From assembly GCA_031554915.1 (NCBI GenBank), contig JAVBUX010000178.1, forward strand, positions 1-41,304: a stretch of 41,304 nt of DNA, given 5' to 3'. Below, piece by piece: positions 1 to 8,480 of this stretch. Positions within the stretch are counted from its first letter, which is position 1; each line of letters begins with the position of its first letter. The notes under the pieces were generated by a model. The model was not told where the DNA came from. It searched no databases and saw only the letters and a program-made list of their open reading frames with translations. This stretch comes from Bacteroidales bacterium. GTDB lineage: Bacteria; Bacteroidota; Bacteroidia; Bacteroidales; Azobacteroidaceae. The translations under genes were made by a program, and so were the position numbers.

Positions 1-165
1 TAAAGAATTAGTTACATATTCTTGTGTCCAACAGTCGGGGAGCCCGTTAGAATTCTCAAAATATTCAGACCAGGGTAAAGTGTTGATTGGATTAGTACAA
101 GTTTGTGCTTTTACAGACAATACCAAAGGCAAAAGGCAAAAAACTAAGAGTAATTTTTTTTTCAT
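1..165 (-). CDS. Secreted protein, N-terminal fragment (runs off left edge); possibly adhesin-type / T9SS cargo
   Basis: Not in the ORF track. Manual translation from ATG at 165 is open to the edge: MKKKLLLVFCLLPLVLSVKAQTCTNPINTLPWSEYFENSNGLPDCWTQEYVTNSL. It has a Sec signal ending VKA-Q. The LPWxExFE...LPDCW motif resembles cleaved-adhesin/choice-of-anchor-type domains. Confidence 0.75.
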   Translation of the reverse strand, partial: MKKKLLLVFCLLPLVLSVKAQTCTNPINTLPWSEYFENSNGLPDCWTQEYVTNSL

Positions 166-308
166 AATAATAAATTTAAAGAATTAATAATCTATTTATG
201 TGTTAAAGATATAAACATTTTGATTGACAAAAATAAACAGAAATGGAATATTGCTGTTTGACAGATCGTACAAATATCTTGATAATTCAACAAAAGATTA
301 CTTCTTTG

Positions 309-1409
309 TTAACTATAAGCCTGGCTATTTGATTTTTTCCAGACAGAAGGAGATGTGCCTGTAAACTTGAGGAATTGTCTGCTGAAGCTGCTAATCTCAG
401 AGTATCCTAACTTTTCAGCAATGAAGCTGAGTGATTTTTCAGGATATTCAATCATTAGGCGTTGACTTTCTTGGATGCGTAATTGATTGATCCACATGTT
501 GAAGTTCATCCCTGTCTGTGAATTTATATGGCTGGAAAGGTAAGTACGGTTGGTGTTTAAAATTTTTGCAACGTTGATGATTGTAACTCCATGTGCAGTG
601 TAGCCTTTGTCATTGATCCATTGATTGATTTTTAGAGAAAGGTCAAAACCATTGAAAGACGATACTTTATTGGGCTCCAGAGCAGGAACTATGATTGGAC
701 GTAACACATAAAATTCCTGAGGATAGTTCAGAAATTTTATAGCAAAGAAAAAGTAGAATATAATGCAAGTAATAGAAAATATAATATTGCACCAATCATA
801 AGGGAAAATTATGAGAAATAAAGCTCCAATCCCAATGGAAAGAGCGGAAAGAAAGACAGTTCGTACCCAGTGAAGACGGGATGCTTCATCTCCGGAAAAG
901 TAATTTTCAGCTTTATTTCTGTATTCTTTTTCCTGTGACAAAAATCGATGTGTATAATAAATTAATTGATATGTGTAAAAGGCCGTGTATGATGCAATTA
1001 TTATTTTGTCAAAAAGATTGTTTTTTATGATTACGGAAAGAATGACCAGTAAAAAAAAAGAAATAATGGGGATCAGATGAAAATCTAGTCTTTTGCGAAT
1101 AATAGGACTGGAGTTGATGAGTAGGATACAGATGTAAGTGAACAGAAATGCCTGAAATGAAGCAATTGCCAAGGTAGATTTTATTATAAGAACATGTTCC
1201 CCTGAAGAACAATGCCTTTTTGAGAATATTTCTCCAAGAGTGATTAATCCAATCGAAATGTAAATCCAAGACATTGCTTTGCGGGATCTTTTGTAGAGTT
1301 GTAGTTCAGGGCAGTCGGGAATTGATAACATTAAAAACAATAATCCGAATAGTATAGGTACTATTGAATTAATGAAACTTACAGATGTGTATAGTGTGTC
1401 GATTTTCAT
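309..1409 (-). CDS. Multi-pass membrane AraC-family transcriptional regulator
   Basis: About 6-7 hydrophobic segments followed by a C-terminal AraC HTH (TNRTYLS...INQLRI...LGYSEISSFSRQFLKFTGTSP). ATG 1409 is preferred over TTG 1430 because a -7 motif overlaps 1428-1435. Confidence 0.88.
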   Translation of the reverse strand: MKIDTLYTSVSFINSIVPILFGLLFLMLSIPDCPELQLYKRSRKAMSWIYISIGLITLGEIFSKRHCSSGEHVLIIKSTLAIASFQAFLFTYICILLINSSPIIRKRLDFHLIPIISFFLLVILSVIIKNNLFDKIIIASYTAFYTYQLIYYTHRFLSQEKEYRNKAENYFSGDEASRLHWVRTVFLSALSIGIGALFLIIFPYDWCNIIFSITCIIFYFFFAIKFLNYPQEFYVLRPIIVPALEPNKVSSFNGFDLSLKINQWINDKGYTAHGVTIINVAKILNTNRTYLSSHINSQTGMNFNMWINQLRIQESQRLMIEYPEKSLSFIAEKLGYSEISSFSRQFLKFTGTSPSVWKKSNSQAYS

Positions 1410-1427
1410 TTGCTCTATGAAATTAAG

Positions 1428-1477
1428 CAAAGTTAATAAAAAGAAATTATTACTATGTAAAATAATGACTAACTTTG
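1428..1477. promoter_or_regulatory. Divergent Bacteroidetes sigma70 -7 elements
   Basis: TAACTTTG on the minus strand (1428-1435) and on the plus strand (1470-1477), both matching TAnnTTTG. Confidence 0.55.
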
Positions 1478-1513
1478 TAAATTAACTGTAATTTTTTATT
1501 TAAAAACAATATC

Positions 1514-1804
1514 ATGGAAAATCTGGTAACCATCAGGACATTTTTTGAACCTACGGATTTACTTGTGCCGAAAAGTTTGCTTGAATCGGAAGGTATCGAG
1601 TGTTATGCCATAGATGAATATATGTCAAGGCTTTATCCGGGAACAGGGGCTGTTGGCGGAATCAAACTACAAGTGAGTGAAGAAGATGTTGATCGGGCCG
1701 TTAAGATTTTGATGGATGGCGGTTTTCTTACCGAAGAAGACTTAAAACCCGATGGATTCTACGAATACATAGGGAAATTTCTGGAAAAATTTAGGAAAAA
1801 ATAA
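1514..1804 (+). CDS. DUF2007-like putative signal-transducing protein
   Basis: KSLLESEGIEC...DE...GGIKLQVSEEDVDRA motif; 96 aa. Confidence 0.75.
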   Translation: MENLVTIRTFFEPTDLLVPKSLLESEGIECYAIDEYMSRLYPGTGAVGGIKLQVSEEDVDRAVKILMDGGFLTEEDLKPDGFYEYIGKFLEKFRKK

Positions 1805-1863
1805 AATTTAATTTCGTTTTTCGGAATTTAATTTTGTTTTTCAAAAATATAATTGTAATTTTG
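1805..1863 (+). promoter_or_regulatory. higBA promoter with tandem operator-like repeats
   Basis: 18-bp direct repeat at 1805-1822 and 1825-1842 (17/18 identical), followed by TAATTTTG at 1856-1863. Confidence 0.55.
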
Positions 1864-1882
1864 TAAACTGAAACCAAAGATT

Positions 1883-2179
1883 ATGAGGATTGTTACATTT
1901 AGAGCAATAAAAGAGTTTGCGTTGAAATATCCTGATGGAGAATTGCCTTTGAGAGATTGGTATCATAAAACCTTAAATTCTCAGTGGAAAAATTTCAATG
2001 ATATCAGGAAAACTTTCAGATCTGCTGACTATGTTGGAAATGACAGGTATGTTTTTAATATTAAAGGAAATAATTGTCGTCTGATTGCGATTGTTATTTT
2101 TGTTTCACAAAAGGTTTATATCCGGTTTATTGGAACTCATGCAGAGTACGACAAAATAAAGGATTGTTCTACAATTTAG
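1883..2179 (+). CDS. higB: Type II toxin HigB (RelE-like)
   Basis: Contains SADYVGNDRYVFNIKGNN..RLI and RFIGTHAEYDKI; toxin-first gene order. Confidence 0.92.
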   Translation: MRIVTFRAIKEFALKYPDGELPLRDWYHKTLNSQWKNFNDIRKTFRSADYVGNDRYVFNIKGNNCRLIAIVIFVSQKVYIRFIGTHAEYDKIKDCSTI

Positions 2180-2192
2180 AGAAAAACGAATT

Positions 2193-2564
2193 ATGGCGAA
2201 GATTAAAAATGAACAGCAATATGAAAAAGCTTTGGAGCGTATTGAAGAGTTGCTTCAAGTTGTTGGAAATGATACTCCCGAAACGGATAAAAACTTCGTT
2301 GAATTGGATTTGCTATCTGAATTAGTTGCAGATTACGAAGAACTACATTATCCTGTTCATGCCCCTACGCTGGCTGAGAGCATTAAATTGCGCATGTTGG
2401 AGATGAACCTGACTCAAAAGGCTCTTTCGGAGCTTCTTGGGGTTAGCAGTTCGCGTGTTAGTGAATACATGACAGGAAAAAGTGAACCGACATTAAGAGT
2501 TGCCCGTATTATTCATCAAAAATTGAATATAGATGCGGATATTATTTTAGGTGTAGCAATATAA
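2193..2564 (+). CDS. higA: Type II antitoxin HigA (Xre HTH)
   Basis: IKNEQQYEKALERIEEL N-terminus and a C-terminal HTH (LTQKALSELLGVSSSRVSEYMTGKSEPTL); lies directly after higB. Confidence 0.92.
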   Translation: MAKIKNEQQYEKALERIEELLQVVGNDTPETDKNFVELDLLSELVADYEELHYPVHAPTLAESIKLRMLEMNLTQKALSELLGVSSSRVSEYMTGKSEPTLRVARIIHQKLNIDADIILGVAI

Positions 2565-2565
2565 A

Positions 2566-4662
2566 TTGGATTTAAGTACTCAAAATATTCATTATATTCC
2601 TGGCGTAGGCCCTAAGAAATCGGAAGTTCTCAAGAATGAGATCAATGTGATTTCCTGGGAAGATTTGCTGTATTATTTTCCCTATAAATACATCGATAGA
2701 AGCCGTATCTTCAAAATTCGGGAAATTGAAGGTAGCATGCCGTATATCCAGTTGAAGGGAAAAATTCATCATTTTGAAACAATAGGAGAGGGAAGGGCAA
2801 GGCGTATTACCGCTCTTTTTTATGATGACACAGGAAATATTGAACTGGTCTGGTTCAAAGCCCTGAAAATGATTCCGAATCTGTATAAAGTCGGAACAGA
2901 GTACATCCTTTTTGGAAAACCGACAATTTTTGGTTCCAAATTGAATATTGCGCATCCGGAGCTGGAAACCGAAGATAAATTCTTTCAGGGAGAAGTCGGG
3001 GTACAAGGTCAGTACTCGACTACGGAAAAGATGAAAGATGCTTTTCTACATTCAAGGGCAATTCAAAAAATGGTTACGACTGTATTTGAGAATATCAAGG
3101 GAAAGCTTCCAGAAACCCTGAATGCCGGAATTATTCAAAAAGTGAACCTGATCGATCTGGATACCGCCCTGCACAATATTCATTTTCCGAAATCACCGGA
3201 TTTACTGCGAAAATCGGAGTTTCGCCTTAAATTTGAAGAGTTATTTTACATTCAATTGAATATTTTACGGGTATCTAAAGCCCGAGAACAACGTTTTGGA
3301 GGTTTTGTTTTCAGTAAAGTAGGGGAATTTTTTAACCGGTTTTATGAAGAGAAATTGCCTTTTGAACTTACCAATGCACAAAAACTGGTTATTCGTGAGA
3401 TTCGTCAGGACACTAATACCGGTCGCCAGATGAACCGGTTATTACAGGGCGATGTTGGTAGCGGAAAGACGCTGGTGGCTCTGATGTCGATGCTGATTGC
3501 CGTCGATAATGGTTTTCAGGCTGCGATTATGGCTCCGACGGAAATTCTGGCAACACAGCATTACGAGACTATCAGTAAGTTATTGGAAGGTTTAGGACTG
3601 GAGGCGCGTTTGCTTACGGGCTCTACAAAGAAAAAAGATCGCGAAAAATTATTGCCTGCAATACAGAATGGAGAGATACATATCCTGATCGGAACACATG
3701 CTTTAATTGAGGATACAGTACAATTTAAGAACCTGGGACTGGTTGTAGTCGATGAACAGCACCGTTTTGGAGTGGCTCAAAGAGCCCGCTTGTGGAGAAA
3801 AAATGATGTTCCTCCTCATGTCTTGGTGATGACGGCAACCCCGATTCCACGTACATTGGCAATGACTTTGTATGGCGATCTGGAAGTCTCTGTTATCGAT
3901 GAACTTCCTCCCGGACGTAAACCGATAAAAACAATTCATCGTTATAGTGCTAATCGCAAAAATCTCTATGATTCTGTACGTCAGCAATTACAGGAAGGCC
4001 GTCAGGTATATATTGTTTATCCTTTGATTGAAGAAAGTGAAAAATCGGATTTGAAAAATCTGACTTCCGGTTTTGAGCATACAAAAGAGATATTTCCTGA
4101 GTATGAAGTCTGTATGGTGCATGGTAAAATGAAACCGGTAGAGAAAGATGCAGAAATGCAGCGTTTTGTCTCCGGAGAAGCCCGTATCATGGTTGCCACA
4201 ACTGTAATCGAAGTCGGAGTGAATGTGCCGAATGCTTCTGTTATGATTATTGAAGATGCCGAACGTTTCGGTCTGTCTCAGTTGCACCAGTTACGTGGCA
4301 GAGTCGGGCGTGGAGCCGATCAGTCGTTTTGTATCTTGCTGACTCGCTATGAATTAGCTGAAAATACCCGAAAACGTTTAAGTATCATGACCGAAACGAA
4401 TGACGGATTTGTAATCGCAGAGGAAGATTTAAAATTGAGGGGTCCCGGCGATATCGACGGAACCCAACAAAGCGGCATACCATTTGATTTGAAGATAGCC
4501 AATCTGGCAAAAGACGGACAAATTCTTAGTCTGGCTCGAGATGTAGCTCGTGAAGTCCTTGAAGATGATCCTGCCTTACAAAAATCATATAATACTATTC
4601 TTAATGTGCAACTGACAAAACTGAACCGGAAAAACCAGACCGGTTGGTTTATGATTAGTTAA
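2566..4662 (+). CDS. recG: ATP-dependent DNA helicase RecG
   Basis: Motifs LQGDVGSGKT, DEQHRFG, MTATPIPRT and QLRGRVGRG; 698 aa; TTG start. Confidence 0.97.
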   Translation: MDLSTQNIHYIPGVGPKKSEVLKNEINVISWEDLLYYFPYKYIDRSRIFKIREIEGSMPYIQLKGKIHHFETIGEGRARRITALFYDDTGNIELVWFKALKMIPNLYKVGTEYILFGKPTIFGSKLNIAHPELETEDKFFQGEVGVQGQYSTTEKMKDAFLHSRAIQKMVTTVFENIKGKLPETLNAGIIQKVNLIDLDTALHNIHFPKSPDLLRKSEFRLKFEELFYIQLNILRVSKAREQRFGGFVFSKVGEFFNRFYEEKLPFELTNAQKLVIREIRQDTNTGRQMNRLLQGDVGSGKTLVALMSMLIAVDNGFQAAIMAPTEILATQHYETISKLLEGLGLEARLLTGSTKKKDREKLLPAIQNGEIHILIGTHALIEDTVQFKNLGLVVVDEQHRFGVAQRARLWRKNDVPPHVLVMTATPIPRTLAMTLYGDLEVSVIDELPPGRKPIKTIHRYSANRKNLYDSVRQQLQEGRQVYIVYPLIEESEKSDLKNLTSGFEHTKEIFPEYEVCMVHGKMKPVEKDAEMQRFVSGEARIMVATTVIEVGVNVPNASVMIIEDAERFGLSQLHQLRGRVGRGADQSFCILLTRYELAENTRKRLSIMTETNDGFVIAEEDLKLRGPGDIDGTQQSGIPFDLKIANLAKDGQILSLARDVAREVLEDDPALQKSYNTILNVQLTKLNRKNQTGWFMIS

Positions 4663-4664
4663 AA

Positions 4665-5500
4665 TCATTGGAAAACCCGGACATAATCGATGACATATTG
4701 TAAAGGCATACCATCTGTATCCACTCCTTTACTTCCACCCCAGCCTCCGCCGAAAGCCAGGTTGAGAATCAGGTAGAACTCTTTGTCGAACGGCCAGCAT
4801 TCCCAGCTGCTGTTTTGAGGGCGTTTGCTCACAAATCGTTTTCGTCCATCCAGATACCATTCTATCCGGTCATCGTGCCATTCCAATGCATAAACATGCC
4901 ATTCCTGGGCATCTATACAAAAAGCTTTCGAGCCAATGCCGTTATTTTTTTGTGATTGAGGGAGTCGGTATGGATGGCATAATGGATGGTTTCGGGCTCA
5001 TACCCCACATGTTCCATAATGTCGATCTCTCCACTGGCCGGCCAACGACCATACGTACTTTCTTTGGGCATCATCCAGATGGCCGGCCAGGTACCCAGGC
5101 AAATGGGTAACTTGGCACGTACTTCGACTCGGCAGTACTTCCAGTCGCCTTTTCCTTTCGTGGTGATACTGGCCGATGTGATGGGACGTACCTCTCCGTT
5201 TATTCGGGTGCTGTCTTTCCTGGCTACGATGTAGAGGCAACCATCTTTCTGATAGCAGTTCTCTAATCGTTCTCGAGTGTAATATTGCAGTTCGCTGTTA
5301 CGTAGATAGCCCTCCTCACAGTTCCATTTGCTATTTTCTATGAGCCCTTTCCCGGTAAACTCATCCTGAAATACCAGTTTGGTATAGCCTTTGGGGATGG
5401 TAACAGATTCATGATTTTTATTAGGATTTACTGCTGTTGTGTAGGTGCAACTGCCTATAAGGCAGGTTAGTAGGAGCTGATATTTTATTCTTGTTTTCAT
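4665..5500 (-). pseudogene. GH16 (laminarinase/beta-glucanase-like) lipoprotein split by a 1-nt frameshift
   Basis: WPAIWMM and the catalytic GEIDIMEHVG lie in ORF 4913-5500. The C-terminal PFDKEFYLILNLAFGG...DYVRVFQ lies in another frame. One extra A in the 7-nt run at 4945-4951 restores a ~278-aa frame. May be a sequencing artefact. Confidence 0.85.
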
Positions 5501-5515
5501 GTGAGCATGTTTTAT

Positions 5516-7528
5516 TTATCGTACAGGTATAAAGAGAACAGCATCGGCAGCCACGAAGTTGTCGGCGTCTTTGTTGGATACTTCTACGTATGCATTCTTT
5601 CCCGCAGACAGTTTATAGGTGCCAACGAAGGCCCATTCTCCGGAAGTCTGCCCTTCTACTACTATCTCCGATTTGCGAATAATTTTTTCTATAACATTAC
5701 TCCCGTCAGAAATCCGGATCGTTGTTTGAGTTGATCCTTCTTCCAATATCGGATAATAGAGATAAACGTTGTATTGACCAGCCGTTTGTATATCGGGAGT
5801 GTATCGAACAGCTTTAGGAGTATTCCCCTTGCTTTTGTCTAATAAGAAGTCGGCTGCAGGCCCGTAAGAACGGTAGGTGTCCTTGTTTGTTTGCCAATCG
5901 CCTTGCAGACTTACGGCTTTTACATTGTCATTATCCACCAGTATTTCCGGCAAGCTGTTGTTTCCTAATGGATTACTTCGTAACAGCCCTTGCAAGCGAG
6001 CCCGATCAATTTTCTGAACAGTTACTTGAGAGTCGATGGACATACAGGCAGCTGTTGCTCCGGCCTGTGCCAACACCATAAACACCGGTTCCATACGTAT
6101 AGAGCCATAGGCGATGTGAGAGGCTGAGAGACAGACGGGTACGATGAGGTTGTTCACTTCCTCTTTCTGTGGTACAATGGCACTGTAGGAGATGGGGTAG
6201 GGAGGAAATCCTCCTTTTTCCACGTTGCCTTCGTTTTTTACGAATCCATCTACCACAAGTCGATCACAATTGTGCGAGTCCATAGTATAGGCAGCCCAAC
6301 CAATAGTGTCGGAACATACTTCGCGTCCCATGCAGTGGTGTTCGGTCATGACCAACTCTCCGATCATTCTGCGTGATTCGCGGATATAAAGTTGGTGGCT
6401 CCAGTGATCATTATCCGTCTATTCATCTTTGGGATATCCCCATTTTTTCATGTCGGTACGGATGTTTTCAGGCATACGAGGATCGTTCCCTACAAAGTAC
6501 AGAAGTCCTTTCGTATAGTCCACATGTTCCTTCCAGATACGCGCTCGCTCTTCATAATTGGCTTCGGGATATCCCCAGTTCATGCTGATCATGTCTGTTG
6601 AGAACGGTCCCTTGTTGTTGATGTCGGTTTTCCGGTTAGGCATCAGGCTCCAGATAAAGATGTCGTGTAGTGACTTACGGGGTGATACCTCGTGCAGACG
6701 AGCCAGTAGTTCATATTTTTTTGGGTCATAATTCTCAGGCATAGTTATAGGAACCCGATTTTCCGGATTGTCTGTCAACGTGATCCGGAAGTTATAAGCC
6801 TGCACTTTCTGATCGCCGGTACCTATTCCCGGAAGTGTCTGTGGATGTATTCCCCATAAGAGTCCACTTTTCGGATCTCCGGGTATCACGTATGGGTCCA
6901 CATTGTCCCAGAACTGATGCCCTTCCATAAGCTGTACCCCATTGTATGTTTCTTTATATACATCGTTCGATTCCCGCCCTACGGTATATGATACTCCGGC
7001 TTTGGCCATTAGATCGCCTTCGTACGAACAGTCCATAAATACTTTTGCTTTGATCGGCTTATTGGTTGCTATGCGCGGATTACTAGAATCTTCCACAATA
7101 ATACAGCTCAGGGTGTTTCCTGTTTTCTGTACACTATGTAATCTTTTTCCATACCATACCTGTACATTGGCTTCTTCAATATAGCTTTTGAAAGTAGCTT
7201 CGGCTACCCCGGGTTCAAAGATCCACTGTTCTAACTTACCGTAGTGGGTGCCCAATCGGCGGTAGAAATTACGTGAAAGCCCTGTGACTACATACTTGTT
7301 GCCTATGTCCGTATAACCCAATCCACCGGAACTCATACCTCCCAGGTGATTCCCGGGTTCAATTAGCAATACTTTTTTCCCTGCTTTCTCGGCGGTATAA
7401 GCTGCAATAACTCCCGCAGATGTTCCACCATAGATACATATATCGACTTCGATGGCATCTTCCCCTTTTCCTGAACATGCACAATGGATGCAGGCAATGA
7501 ATAACAATAACGGTGCAATATATTTCAT
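5516..7528 (-). pseudogene. FAD-dependent oxidoreductase (FAD_oxidored-like) with C-terminal xanthan-lyase/golvesin-like beta-sandwich, interrupted by in-frame TAG
   Basis: IYGGTSAG dinucleotide motif, GGMSSGGLG and YGSIRMEPVFM. ORFs 6419-7561 and 5516-6367 share a frame and are separated by a single TAG (6419-6421) plus 17 sense codons. Signal-bearing start MKYIAPLLL at 7528. Confidence 0.85.
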
Positions 7529-7555
7529 TCTTAATTCTGTTTTAAATGAAAATGT

Positions 7556-7590
7556 GTACACCTGGATATGGTTAACATACCCAGGCGTAC
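7556..7590 (-). terminator. Intra-operon stem-loop (terminator/attenuator or mRNA stabiliser)
   Basis: GTACACCTGGATATG-gttaa-CATACCCAGGCGTAC forms a 15-bp stem. Its two mismatches become G-U pairs only in the minus-strand transcript. Confidence 0.6.
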
Positions 7591-7614
7591 TACTTAATAT
7601 TCTGATAACCTCTA

Positions 7615-8451
7615 TTAATTACGATTCACAAACACCCAGAACCAACAGGATCCCCAAGCTCCGGCACCCGGTTCAGGACATGCCAGAACAAGCTTGTTCT
7701 CTTCCAATTGTACGATGTCGTATTCCAAAACTTCTTTCTTACCTTGATTGGTTAGAATACCGCAGGGAACCGTGACGGTGGTTTTTAGTTTACCCATCGA
7801 CCACAAGTTAGTGCTTCCTGCCTGATTGAGCTTTTTAGTAAGATCCAACTCAAATTTGCCGGTAGCACTGGTACCGTCAGCTCTGTTTTTGATCATTTTT
7901 GATCCGCTCAATGTGAGAGTAAAGCTTGCGCCAAGTCCTTCTCCGGCAGGGGCTACACTGCCCAAATCGCCGACTTTCAATACCCACCAGGCCGGACCTT
8001 TATCACTCAGATAGCCTCCGTTGCCAAAGGTACTACTGGTGGTGCGCCAAGTCCATGTTTTGGTGCCTGACCCGCATAACAGACCGTATTGCGGTGGAAC
8101 GGCAAATGTTAGTTCATCAACAGTGACGTTTAGAGCCTTGGTGATAGCAGAACCATCCGGATTGTAGCCTGTGAACATGATTTCATGTTCTCCCGGTATC
8201 ACCATCAGGATGCTGTCACTTTGTTTGCGGGTGTTTCCGGTGCCAAAATCCCAGAAAGAAAGTACTGGGCTATGGTTCTCCAGCACGATTTTATTCGAGC
8301 GCTTACCATTCAGCATCAGGGGAGTGGCCGATATGTTCAATTGTTCGGCAGTGATTGAGTTGCCGATGGAATCTCTGTCTTCGATGGGTTCGCAAGATAC
8401 AAATGCTATCCCAAACAACACTAATAATGAATATATTAATTTCTTTTTCAT
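7615..8451 (-). CDS. PUL surface lipoprotein (SusE/SGBP-B position), putative glycan-binding
   Basis: MKKKLIYSLLVLFGIAFVS-C lipobox at ATG 8451; immediately downstream of SusD; PKD-like WDFG segment and a Trp-rich C-terminus. Confidence 0.75.
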   Translation of the reverse strand: MKKKLIYSLLVLFGIAFVSCEPIEDRDSIGNSITAEQLNISATPLMLNGKRSNKIVLENHSPVLSFWDFGTGNTRKQSDSILMVIPGEHEIMFTGYNPDGSAITKALNVTVDELTFAVPPQYGLLCGSGTKTWTWRTTSSTFGNGGYLSDKGPAWWVLKVGDLGSVAPAGEGLGASFTLTLSGSKMIKNRADGTSATGKFELDLTKKLNQAGSTNLWSMGKLKTTVTVPCGILTNQGKKEVLEYDIVQLEENKLVLACPEPGAGAWGSCWFWVFVNRN

Positions 8452-8480
8452 ACTGTCTTTTGTTTTCTGTCCTTTGAAAA

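Noticed and set aside
154-162. 9-nt homopolymers (also 1051-1059) as phase-variation tracts
   Set aside because: Both are in frame and are expected in AT-rich Lys/Phe codon runs; there is no evidence of switching.
224-298. TTGAYA repeats upstream of the left-edge gene as an AraC operator
   Set aside because: One pair is 21 bp apart (258/279), but similarity beyond the hexamer is too weak in AT-rich DNA.
6419-6421. Genome-wide TAG reassignment or pyrrolysine
   Set aside because: TAG ends higB, yciH, ispF and the GH26-like gene at the expected lengths, only one internal TAG was seen, and no pyl genes are in the window.
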